From contig NMRA01000030.1 in NCBI GenBank assembly GCA_002633005.1, positions 1 to 64,000 of the forward strand: 64,000 bases of DNA, written 5' to 3'. Positions 1 through 10,693 of the stretch are shown in pieces. The stretch's first letter is position 1; each line of letters begins with the position of its first letter. The translations under genes were made by a program, and so were the position numbers. This DNA is from Phoronis australis. Taxonomy: Eukaryota > Animalia > Phoronida. The notes beneath the pieces are model-generated. The model did not search any database and was not told the origin of the DNA. It saw only the letters and a program-made list of their open reading frames with translations.

Positions 1-3000
1 TATCAAAAATATTGGCAAAATTCCCAAGAAGACCAATTAGAACGCCTTCATTGGCCGAGACCGGAACCGGAAGTCGACCCTAGCGTTTTTAGGAGAATCA
101 TTACAAAGCCGTGAAAAGTGTGTTTAATCCTGAGAATCACAGTTGTCTAACGGTTGCCACATCAGAATACTTGGTGAATGAAAAGGTCAAATTTTCAGAA
201 GAAAAATGCACTTAATGACCCCATGTTTGCACTGAATGACCTGAAACATTGACCGTTTTACCCTGATTGGATGACCCGATTACTTTGAAAAGTAATTTCT
301 GAATTGCCTTATTGACTTATACCTGTGCATCGAATTTGAAAAAATATTTTTGAAAATGAAGAAGTAGCATTTTGAAAATACATGACCTTTGCACCAAATG
401 ACCTCTTTTTGTGCATGATTATATAATCAATCAAAATTCATGTACTGCCCAAAATCATATGTTAAATTTGAAGAACATACATACCTGCAACTATTTTGGA
501 GTTATCAAGTGTCAAAGTTGGTCGGAAGAAGAATAAGAAGAATAAGACCTAGAACGCAATTCCGTATACCGCACTTACAACTCTGCGCGTGGTGTATGCA
601 TATGCATAGTGATATGTAAGCGCATTACATTGCATAAAATCTGCATCCTTTGTGTGCACCAGAGTGATTTCCCTGGTAAATATAAAGAGCAAGAGTGAAA
701 AGTAAGAATATCACCAGAAAATTGCACCAAATGACCCCACAGTTGCAACAAATGACCCCAAAGTTTGTGACTGAATTTCCTACATGAATGAAAAGTATAT
801 AGTTACGTGATTATGTAAGCTCTAGCTCAAAAATCTCTTTTGCACTTACTGAGCTTTGACCTAGAAATTTGGTTCAGTTGATCAGATTAAAATTCCAAGT
901 AGGTTCTGTGTACACTTAAATGGCACCAAACAGTTCACGAAATTTGAAGAGGCAATCTCAAATATCACAGAAGAAGCATTTGAAAGAAATATACCGGTTG
1001 ACCCTCTTGGGGTCCTAGAGTGCATTTTGGGTCACACTCCTATGATCAATACTGTTTGATTGGCTAATGGTTGAGCTACCATGAATATGAACGCTCTCCA
1101 CAATAGAACATGTAAGTACGAGCTGATTGAAAAAGTCTGAAATTTGACAAAAAAAATTGCACTTAACTACCCCAAAGTTGCACCTCATGACCCCAAAGTT
1201 TGTGTGTGGGCCTCCTTTGTGAGTGGAAATAATGTGCGTTATTTTGAAAGGTCTAGCTCAAAAATCAATTTTGCACTTAATGACCTATCATCCGGAAACT
1301 GGGCTCCCTTTATCCGATTCAAATTCCAGGTAAATTTCGGATGCCCTTCTCTAGTGCGTACATGTACTTGTTATCAAAATTTGGAAAGTCTATCTCAAAA
1401 CCTGTAGGAAAAGAAGCATTTTTACGAACTTCACTCCTTGACCCCTTTGGGTCATTCAGGTGCATTTGTGGTCGAAACAGTATATTTAATAAAATCCCTT
1501 GATTATCGAATCAACCTCAATGAATATGATTGTTCTTAATAAATCTATTTAAGAGTAATAACAATCTGAAAAGGAAGGAATAATAATAGTAATTAGAACT
1601 AGAACGCAATTGCGCATGCGCACTTACAACTCTGCGCGTGGTGTATGCATGTGCATAATGAAGTGCAGGGGCATTACACTGCATAGAAGTTGCATCCTTT
1701 GTGTGAGAGAGATGTCATGGTATCTATGAAAGAACAAGAGTGAAGACTAAGAATATCAATAGAAAATTGCACCTAATGACCTAACAGTTGCACCTAATGA
1801 CCCCGAAGTTTGTGACTGAATTTTCTGAAAATTATATGGTTACGTGATTATGAAAGGTCCAGCTCAAAAATCACTTTTGCACTTAATGACCTTTGACCCT
1901 GGAAAACTCGGTACCGTTGATCCGATTTAAATTCTACGTAAATTTCGGATTCAGATCTGTAGTGCCTGCTTGTTATCAAAATTCGGAGAGACTATCTAAA
2001 ATCTGTAGAAGAAGCAATTTGGTGGAATGCATACCTTGACCCATTTCGGGTCAATCCGGTGCATTTTCAGTAAAATTCATGTGATCAATAGAATCTGATC
2101 GGCAATTAGTTGAACCAACATGAATATAGATGCTCTCCCTAATGCACCATTTAAGTACAAGCTGACGTAAAGTGTCTTAAATTTAACAGAAAACTGATCT
2201 TAATGACACCAAAGTTGCACCTATGTGATCCCAAAGTTTGTAATTAACTTCCTTTATGAATGGTAACCATATGCACGATTATAAAATGTCGAGCTCAAAA
2301 ATCACGTTTGCACTTAATGACCTTTGACACAGAAACTGGGTTCCCTTAATCCAAGTGGAAATAAAAGTATATTTCAGAAGCACTTATATGGTACCAACTT
2401 GTTAACAAAATTGGAAGAGTTTTTCTAAAAACCCGTAGAAGAAGAAGAAATTTGACTGAATGCACTCCTTCACCCGTTTCGGGTCATTCCGGTGCATTTT
2501 CAGTCAAATCCATGTGATCAAAAGAACTTGATCAGCAGCACTTATATGGCACCAAGCAGTTTACGAAATTTCAAGAAGAAATCTCAAAATTGCTGAAGGA
2601 GAAGCTTTTGAATGAAACATACATGTACCGGTTGAACTCTCTTGGGGTCCTTTAGTGCATTTTGGGCCATACCCGTATTATAAATACATGTAGTTTTTGA
2701 ATGGCAATTTGTTCAATCACCATGAATATGAACGCTCTCCCTAATACAGCATGTAATTACGAGCTGATTGAAAAAGTCTTAAATTTAACAGAAAACTGCA
2801 CTCAATGACCCCAAAGTTGCACCTAGTGACACCACAGTTTGTGAGTGAACTTTTTTATGAATGGAAACCATATGTACTATTATGAAAGGTCTAGCTCATA
2901 AATCACTTGTGCATTTAAAGACCTTTGACCCGGAAAATGGGTTCCCTTGATCCGATTGGAAATCCATGTAACTTTCGGATGCAGATCTCTATTGCCTACT

Positions 3001-3205
3001 TGTTAACCAAATGCGAAGAGTCTATCTAAAAAACTGTAGACGACGAAGCATTTTGACAAAATGCACTCTTTGACCCGTTTCAGGTCATCCTAGTGTATTT
3101 TGTGTCAAAAATATAATCAATATAAATCCCTTAACTATCGTATCAATCACAGTGAATATTATTGTTCTAAATGAATGAATGTAAGAATAATCATCCATCA
3201 GAACC
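1..3205 (-). mobile_element. Head-to-tail cluster of Helentron-like non-autonomous elements (HINE family A) with diverged internal subrepeats
   Basis: The same terminus recurs at 549 and 1599: CTAG end, palindrome TGCGCATGCGCA (intact at 1611-1622) and sub-TIR ACTCTGCGCGTG (580-591, 1629-1640). An (AAG/AAT) microsatellite lies at ~525-547 and TGACCTTTGACC / AATGACCCCAAAGTT subrepeats recur. Segment 90-545 is homologous to 9935-10500. Classification is by structural analogy to mollusc HINEs. Confidence 0.6.
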
Positions 3206-3239
3206 NCCCCCCCCCCCCCCCAGCAAATTGGAAATAGGG

Positions 3240-4150
3240 GCCCTACTTAATTCTTTTGAACAATAACCTGCTTAATTAAACGGTTTAGTTCTTAATGTTT
3301 ATTCATGTGGTTAAGATTTGTACTCTGAAAATGTGCCCTGTTGGCGATGATGTTATTCAGCTTATCTTGGTACTCAGACTTTCTAATCACAATATCATCA
3401 TTGTCCCAAAGTTGTTTAGCGGCTGCACGAACACCGGTTAAGACCTTTTGGAATTTCTTGAGTTGGATCTGTTTTTGTCCCTTCTGTTTTCAGTTTTTCT
3501 TTAATGTTCTTACTAACATTAACAAAGCCGTCTCTCTCAAAGATTTAAATTCAATATCATGGTATAGTTTTTCCAAGTTCAACATGTTTTTTGTAAGAAT
3601 CAAATCGAGGTTCAAGATGTACACTCAATGCCAATGACAGAAATTATGTTCATCATCTGTAAGTTGATGATCGGACAAATTTATTTATGTTTTTCGGTCT
3701 TGTGGTGTAAAGGTAAAAATATAATAATTGCAGGCGGTCGGATACACGTTGAACCAGACGTGCGCAGGCCTCGCATGTGGGCCCATTGCAACGATCACCT
3801 GTAAATATTTTTATGCTTTACATATATATGGTTAAAACCGAGCTGAGGAGCTAGAAACCTGGCTCAAGGGTTTAGCAGTGTGACCTGGTGGGACTTGAAC
3901 CCACGACCGCGAGTAAATAAAGCGGGCACTTATCAACCAGGTCACACTGCCTCCTGTAAAGGTAGCACCTTTATATAAATTATCAAGGCCTTTTAATGAC
4001 CGTGTTTGTAGACTTAGTCTGCTCTTTATACGCATACGAGTGGATACGTTGCAAAATTTCATGAATCCCAAGTGGTTTTTTCGTTTCCTTCAAATTGAAG
4101 CTAAACTGTTTTGATTTGACAAGTCGAATTGATGTTAGTTTCCGCATACC
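3240..4150 (-). mobile_element. Penelope-like element relic (N-terminal part of ORF, upstream of RT), disrupted
   Basis: With the SINE removed, the minus strand reads DNLYKGATFTPQDRKT*INLSDHQLTDDEHNF, then (across frameshifts) KKHVELEKLYHDIEF and AAKQLWDNDDIVIRK...EYQDKLNNII. These resemble the INLS..L...E..L.LG and D.IVIRKADK..Y..K motifs of Penelope ORFs. Boundaries are approximate. Confidence 0.6.
3716..3954 (-). mobile_element. tRNA-derived SINE inserted into the Penelope relic
   Basis: Minus-strand head has an A-box-like TGACCTGGTTGATAAG and B-box GGTTCAAGTCCC. It is flanked by the exact 10-bp direct repeat TGTAAAGGTA (3706-3715, 3955-3964), and removing it restores the PLE reading frame. 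Confidence 0.7.
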
Positions 4151-4905
4151 GTCACCAATGTGTCTTGCAGCCATTACCTGCAATAATGAAACCGTAAGCT
4201 GCGCATGCGCGAAAATCACACAGTTAGCCCCCTTCAGGATACATGGGTTTTGCAGAAAATACAGCGTGAGGGTCTTATTTATTTATCAATCACATTTGCC
4301 GATAGCACATAACATAGATAAGTATTTTGTGAAAAACGTGGCCAAGTTTCAGCAAAATTGGAAAAAATTATATGTTTAACATGGTATGGCTAAAGTTTTG
4401 GCTTATGTTGTCGCTTCGATCAGTGGAATCGCCGCTAAAAACCCGAAAGTGCATGTGAGAAAACGATAATTTTCGACCAAATCCTTTCATGTGCGGTTAG
4501 TTGCCGATATACCCAACAGATGTCAGTATAATCAAGAGTGAAGTGTAGGAGTTTGAAGAAAATTAGACAAAATTTTGTATTTAACATGGGGTGGCCGAAA
4601 ATTGCCAATTTTGGCCTTTTGATATCAGTTTGTCATCATAGACTATCATTAGTGGGTCTAGTTAATTCGAAGTTTTTGGTTAAATCACTGATTAATATTC
4701 ACACCAGTATACTCATAAACGTTTTTCTCTATATATAACAGTTTCATTCCGATACTTTAAGTAGTGCGTATAACAGGGATTGGCCCTTGACCGGCCCGGC
4801 CAATATTGTGGGAGCTAAAATTCAGCTCTAAACCAAAGTAGCTATGTGCGGAAAACTCACCTGAAGTGTTTGCGATCCACTTCAGAGAAAAAAACTCGTT
4901 GTACC

Positions 4906-5705
4906 TGTAACGGGGGCGGTATCTACGACCAAGGCGCCCCGATTTTACGAGCCCGGTGCGGACTGAGGGTGATGTTGAAAACTTAAAGTTGGTGAATAAT
5001 ACATAGGTTTATTGTAAGAATATATAACTACAATATTCCACACTTACAAGCAATCCAGTTNTGTAACGGGGGCGGTATCTACGACCAAGGCGCCCCGATT
5101 TTACGAGCCCGGTGCGGACTGAGGGTGATGTTGAAAACTAAAAGTTGGTGAATAATACATAGGTTTATTGTAGGAATATATGACTACAATATTTCACACT
5201 TACAAGCAATCCAGTTGTTCCATGATTTAGTATCGCAGCGTTGTGAATTATACAGTTCTGATACACGGGCAAGCCAGTCGCTGATTAATAGTTGTGTGTG
5301 CAAGAACGGGGCAATTTGGTTATTCAGATCCGAAAGGTGAGATGCAATCAAGCTCGGGAGGAGCCCGAGAATTGCATGGGGCTAAACTGTTGGCAACCAA
5401 GTTCGGGAGGAGCCCGAAAGCTGCACAAACAGTTGCAATTTGGAGTGAGTGAAGGTGTGTATGTTTGCTCTTGAACTCTGCGACTGGACTCCTCGTGTCT
5501 GACAGAGACAAAGCTTAAGTACACAATTTCAACCAATCAGACATGATCTGAAGGGCAAGGCCCATAGCTCCTAGCTTCTGACCATATTTGGCCATGTCCA
5601 AAGGACTCAACATCATAGGAAAATTCCATACGTAATACACAGCTTGACCACTAGAGGGCGCATATATCTCACTTACATAATCATGTCCAGGGCACTCCTG
5701 TTACA
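4906..5705 (-). mobile_element. LTR-like sequence (TGTAAC...GTTACA), first 155 bp duplicated across an N
   Basis: Inverted termini TGTAAC (4906 and 5062) and GTTACA (5700-5705). AATAAA lies on the minus strand ~100 bp from the left end. No matching TSD (tacc vs atat). Confidence 0.5.
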
Positions 5706-5740
5706 ATATAAACAGACTTTCGGCACCAGTGTCTAACTAA

Positions 5741-6343
5741 GGGCTGTTCCAGTAAAATCTGTATGGGAGGGGGGAAGGCACCTTTTTTTCGCACCCACCA
5801 CCCATATTTTTCATTTATTTCTTCAGCCTACCACCCGTAATTTTTTATAAGTTTGAAATGCAACCACCCGTAATTTTTTTTGTTCTTGTGGTTGACTGCA
5901 CAGGCACTTGAGTTTATCTGTTCCTCCTTCACCACTAACGTCATTCATTACTAAGAAAACATATGTTTCATATATATGGTTATTAGCCATCGAGAAATTC
6001 GAGCACCTGTGGTTAAATGGTGTTATGGGCATGCCGATGAGGAGATCGGACGGAGTGAAAAAGTCGGAGCTCTTTGAAAGTTGCCTTTTTGTTTCAGTTT
6101 TTGATTCTGTGCGGATTGTTTATAAAATTTACTAAAATTACCCACCATCAAACATTTATGGCCCAATGAAACAACAACGACCTGTAAATTTTAATTTTTT
6201 TGAAGTACGACCACCAGCCATTTTGAATTGAAATCAAACGCAACCACCCATAAATTTTTATTTCAGTTGCCTTCCCCCCCNNNNNNNNNNNNNNNNNNNN
6301 NNNNTCCCCCCCCCCTCCCACACAGATTTTGCTGGAACAGCCC
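5741..6343. mobile_element. PIF/Harbinger (Tourist-like) MITE
   Basis: TIRs GGGCTGTTCCAGTAAAATCTGTATGGGAGGGGGG / CCCCCTCCCACACAGATTTTGCTGGAACAGCCC with TAA on both sides (5738-5740, 6344-6346). A near-identical copy lies at 22385-22950. Confidence 0.85.
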
Positions 6344-7014
6344 TAACAGTTTACCAGTGTTTTTTGTAACAATCTTCGCTCAGGCCGCACACCGTCACAG
6401 ACCACTTTGAACTACGCTCAACTGAACACTGCCATTGGAAAACAACAAGCTGAATCCTAGCGGAATAGAGGGATGCGCATCCACAACACAGTAACAGCGT
6501 TGACTGGATATTTGCCACACACATCTGAGTTAATTGAGAGATCGACTTCATCGTTTGTTGTTATGTTGGTGATTTCCATGAGAGTATTTACTGGTGCGCA
6601 CATAAGAATGAAAGCGCATGTCTTACAACGCTCTTGAAACTCTAGTCATGTCAGGCCGCAGAAGTCTTTCACTGCACCTTTAGACTGTCTCCATTAAGTA
6701 CATATATTTTCTGCTTTCGATCTCTTTCAGATGCAAGGGCTTATTTCTATAATACTTATTCTTATATTCAACTTCCAAAGGTAGATTGTGCATACGTGAG
6801 TCTATACAGTACATCAAATTCTTGAGAAGTAAATTTCTTGTCATACTGGAATTGTCTTTTTGTACGCTTAACTCCACTTGCTCACCTGAACTATTAGATC
6901 ACTACACAATGTTCCTATGAGAACTGAAAGCTGCTAGTAAATCTCCCTGAAACACTCTAAATATGACAACCTTAGACTGGTACAGCATGGATGTAAAAAT
7001 TTCTATTACAGACA

Positions 7015-8943
7015 ATGGCTGAATGCACGGACAAAGAAAACTTTCAGCGAATACTTGAGTGTCCAATTTGTTTAGAACGTATTACAGATCCCCGCTGTTT
7101 ACCATGCCTCCACTCGTTTTGTGGCAAATGCATTGGGCAACACATGGATGAGAAACAAACAGATGGTTCCTTCCCGTGTCCAGTTTGTACATTGTTATTT
7201 GAGGTCCCTCCAGATGGCATGATGGGGTTCAAACGTAATCTCTACCTGATACAGATAAGTGAGTTATTTCCAGAAGTGTCAGTGGTCAAGTGCGACTTTT
7301 GCAAGATTCAAGGTGCTAAAGAGTCAGCGACTTTTATGTGCATTCAATGCGGAGACCATTTATGTAAAGGATGTGCAGATAGTCACTGTCTCTCCAAACT
7401 GACTGTTAATCACAAAGTGGTCAGTTTGGAGGAAGTCAGGAACGGTCAGCACTTTGAGGAAATTCGCACGTTCCAGCAAGTCCACTGCTCAAAACACGCT
7501 GGCGAGTTGTTGAAGATTTACTGCGAGAACTGCATAAAACCTCTGTGTCTCTTGTGCGCAATGCTTGAACATAAACAACACGAGATGAAAAATCTAGAAG
7601 AAGCGGCAGCGGAAGCTGTTGAAGTCATGAAAGGTTTACTGAAGCCCTGGACAATGGCTTCAGATCATTCCATCATGTTGTCTGCAGAACGGAAGAAAGT
7701 TTTAGACAATCTTGTTGAAGAAGAAGAACGGCTGATTAACGAAATACAACAAGTGTACAACACATTTAAAGAGGACATTTTGGTTGAAATTGAATCAAAG
7801 ATGAATCAGTCGATTGAGGAACTGAAAAGGGAGATTGCAAAAGCCCGCAAACAAGCTGAGATGTCGTACAATGAAGCTGAGTTCAGCAGAGTGAACATAA
7901 GTAGCACTTTGAAATACTGCCAAAAAATCCTTGACTCAGCACAGGATGTTGAAAAATTGCAACAATTTCAGGACATTAAAGCGCGGCTGGAGAGCCTGGA
8001 CATTCAAAAGCTGGGAAAAGATGTAGTTAAACCAGTGTTCAGACAGGATCCGCCCACTTTGAAAATCCCTGATTTGAGAAGGAAGACAGTGACAGAGCAT
8101 GAGAAAAAGCGTGTGGAATCATGGGTGTCAGAGAGATGTCGTCAGCCTGATATAAGGGAGGAAGTGACACTGGTACACAACTACAATATGGGAGGCAATC
8201 CTTCTTATGGTCTGGCAGTGAATGATGACTGGTTGATTACTACTCATTGGAGCAGGCGTCAAGTTAAAGTGTTTGACAGATCTAGTGGTAGTTTGCTGTT
8301 TGAGGTGGATCAAGGTCAACATAACCTGATTTACCCTTTTGGTGTAACATGTACTGACAAGGGTGATATATTTGTTACTTATCATGGTATTCGTGGTGTG
8401 GTGAGGTACAACAGTAAAGGTCAGGTGATGAAGGTCACACCCAATGTGTTTAGTGGTAAGAGTGGTATTACATGTTATGATGACCAGATTATTGTGGCAG
8501 ATGGTGGTGGTGGACGACTTCTTATTGCTGACTTTGAATGTAACGTTAATAAAGTGATCACTAAGGAGTCACTTGGACTGACCACATTCACACCACAGTA
8601 CGTGTGTGTAGACAATGAGGGACATCTGGTGGTGAGTGATTGTGGTCAAGGTCGTGTACACGTTATTGACTTCAAACAGACAGTCATAGTTAAAACATTC
8701 AATGAAGGACTGAGTTCATCTCCATGGGGTGTATGTGTTGATGAGTGGGGACACATTCTTGTTGCTGACCGTGATAATGACCAGGTTGTGTTAATGTCAG
8801 ATCAGTCAGAGCACCCACGTGTGCTCATCACAAGTGATGACGTCAGCAGGCCTATTGACCTTGCTGTTACTGGTCCTGGTGAGGTGGCCGTGTTGGAGCT
8901 CAGTAGTGGTAAGGTGAAGGTGTTCAAGTACGCTGATATTTGA
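7015..8943 (+). CDS. TRIM-NHL E3 ubiquitin ligase (TRIM56/TRIM2/3-like; RING-Bbox1-Bbox2-coiled coil-NHL-like beta-propeller), single coding exon, 642 aa
   Basis: C3HC4 RING (CPIC...LPCLHSFC..C...CPVC), B-box1 (CDFC...CIQC...LCKGC..SH), B-box2 (CSKH...YCENC..PLCLLC..EHKQH), a helical E/K-rich segment, then repeated P.G(V/L).(V/C)...G.I.V.D NHL motifs. No filamin domain evident. A splice acceptor ttctattacAG sits 3 nt before the ATG. Confidence 0.92.
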   Translation: MAECTDKENFQRILECPICLERITDPRCLPCLHSFCGKCIGQHMDEKQTDGSFPCPVCTLLFEVPPDGMMGFKRNLYLIQISELFPEVSVVKCDFCKIQGAKESATFMCIQCGDHLCKGCADSHCLSKLTVNHKVVSLEEVRNGQHFEEIRTFQQVHCSKHAGELLKIYCENCIKPLCLLCAMLEHKQHEMKNLEEAAAEAVEVMKGLLKPWTMASDHSIMLSAERKKVLDNLVEEEERLINEIQQVYNTFKEDILVEIESKMNQSIEELKREIAKARKQAEMSYNEAEFSRVNISSTLKYCQKILDSAQDVEKLQQFQDIKARLESLDIQKLGKDVVKPVFRQDPPTLKIPDLRRKTVTEHEKKRVESWVSERCRQPDIREEVTLVHNYNMGGNPSYGLAVNDDWLITTHWSRRQVKVFDRSSGSLLFEVDQGQHNLIYPFGVTCTDKGDIFVTYHGIRGVVRYNSKGQVMKVTPNVFSGKSGITCYDDQIIVADGGGGRLLIADFECNVNKVITKESLGLTTFTPQYVCVDNEGHLVVSDCGQGRVHVIDFKQTVIVKTFNEGLSSSPWGVCVDEWGHILVADRDNDQVVLMSDQSEHPRVLITSDDVSRPIDLAVTGPGEVAVLELSSGKVKVFKYADI

Positions 8944-9469
8944 ACTGTTCACTGATTAGCACATTGAACAAATTGAACATTGCTTTATGGGTCTGTGTTA
9001 TGTTGCAACTATATTTTGACTCAGATTGAGGCTGTTAGAGCTAAAGTCATGTACATTGAGCATTCAAGTTTAACTTTGGTCAACTAAAACACCTGTCTAA
9101 AGTAGCCAAAAGTCGTATAAATGTGTTACCTTAAGTATGTCCACATTCGGCAAAAACTATGAAACGCACGGTTTCATGAATCGCTGTAAGAATAATTTAT
9201 CTAATGTGTAAATGGTATACCTGGGATCTAGGCACTTCACTCTTATGAAACGTTTCTTGTAATTTCCTTACCCTAACAATAACTTTATTTCCAATACCAA
9301 AAAGAACATGGAAACATCTAGAAAGATTATTGTCACAGCGTGACAATAATGGACTCTGCACGTGCGTATTAAAGGAGTTGTTAAGGGAAGTTACTGACAG
9401 CAATCCGTTTACCAATATGAAAAGGAATTCTTTAAAATTGTAGGAGTAATTACATGTTAATATTTTGAT

Positions 9470-10693
9470 GACTGACCTCTTCCGGTGCATTATGAACCCC
9501 GATGAGGGAATAATTGTAAAACCAATTTAAAGTGTGGTTAATGCTAAGAATCACAGATGTTTTACTTTAAGCACTTAAGAATACAACATGGACGAATTGG
9601 TCAAACTTGCAGAAGAAAAATGCACCTAATGACCCCATGGGTGCACCAAATGACCTGAAAATTTAGAATTCAAACTCAATCGCATTTAGTAAACAGATAT
9701 GTAATTCTAAAGTCTCTAGCTCAAAATTTTAGTTTGCACTCAATGACCTTTGACCTATTTTTCTGATTGGTTAGGCCTATTGCGAAGTAAAGTAGAGTAT
9801 TCAATTGGCATGTTGACTTACACCAGTGTGCTGAAATTGAAAAAATTCCTTGAAAACCATAAGAGATATAACATTTTGAACGTTACATGACCTTTGCACT
9901 AATTGACCTTATCCGGTGCATTTTAAGCATCTTTAGGAGAATTATTGCAAAGCCCATGGAAAATCTGTTTAACGCTGAGAATCACAATTGTCTAACAGTT
10001 GACACATCAGAATACTTGCTGATTGAAAAGGTCAAATTTTCAGAAGAAAAATGCACCTAATGACCCCATGTTTGCACTAAATTATCTGAAACTTTGGATT
10101 CCGATTTGATTTACCTGTGGCAATCAGACCTGTCAATTTGAAGTGTCTAGCTCAAAATTTTAGTTTGCACCTAATGACCTTTCACCTATTTCACCTGATT
10201 GGATGACCCGATTACTTAGAAAAGCAATTTTTTTAATTGTCATGTTTACTTCTACCTGTGCACCGAATTTGAAAAAGATAGCTTTAAAACTGAAAAAGGA
10301 GTAGCATTTTGAAAATTATATGACCTTTACACCAAACGACCTCTTCCGGTGCATTATGGAATATGAATATATATTCAATCAAAATTTATATACTGTCAAA
10401 AGTCATATGCTGAATTTAAAGACCGTACCTGCACCCAATTTGGAGCTATTAAGCCTCAAAGTTGGTCGGAAGAAGAATAAGAATAAGAAGAATAAAATTG
10501 AAGAAAACCCAGAACAACAGTACTCTGCGCTTACACGCGCAGAGTAATAAGAATGAGAATGAGAAGAATAAAATTGAAGGAAACCCAGGAACAACAGTAC
10601 TTTGCGCTTACACGCGCAGAGTAATAAGAATAAAAATAAAATTGAAGAAAACCCAGGAACAACAGTACTCTGCACTTACAGGCGCAGAGTAAT
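9470..10693 (-). mobile_element. Helentron-like element family A, 5' part with triplicated terminal hairpin
   Basis: Homologous to 90-545. An (AAGAAT)n microsatellite is followed by hairpin TACTCTGCGC-TTACAC-GCGCAGAGTA at 10521-10546, repeated with variants at ~10598-10623 and ~10666-10691. Confidence 0.6.

Noticed and set aside
3206-3221. Poly-C tract as a G-quadruplex element (also 6272-6320)
   Set aside because: Abuts N gaps, so length and sequence are unreliable.
6680-6877. 65-aa minus-strand ORF upstream of the TRIM gene
   Set aside because: Short, no recognisable domain, no convincing exon context.
10470-10693. CRISPR-like palindromic repeats with spacers
   Set aside because: Eukaryotic context, the spacers are copies of one another, and there are no cas genes; it is a duplicated TE terminus.
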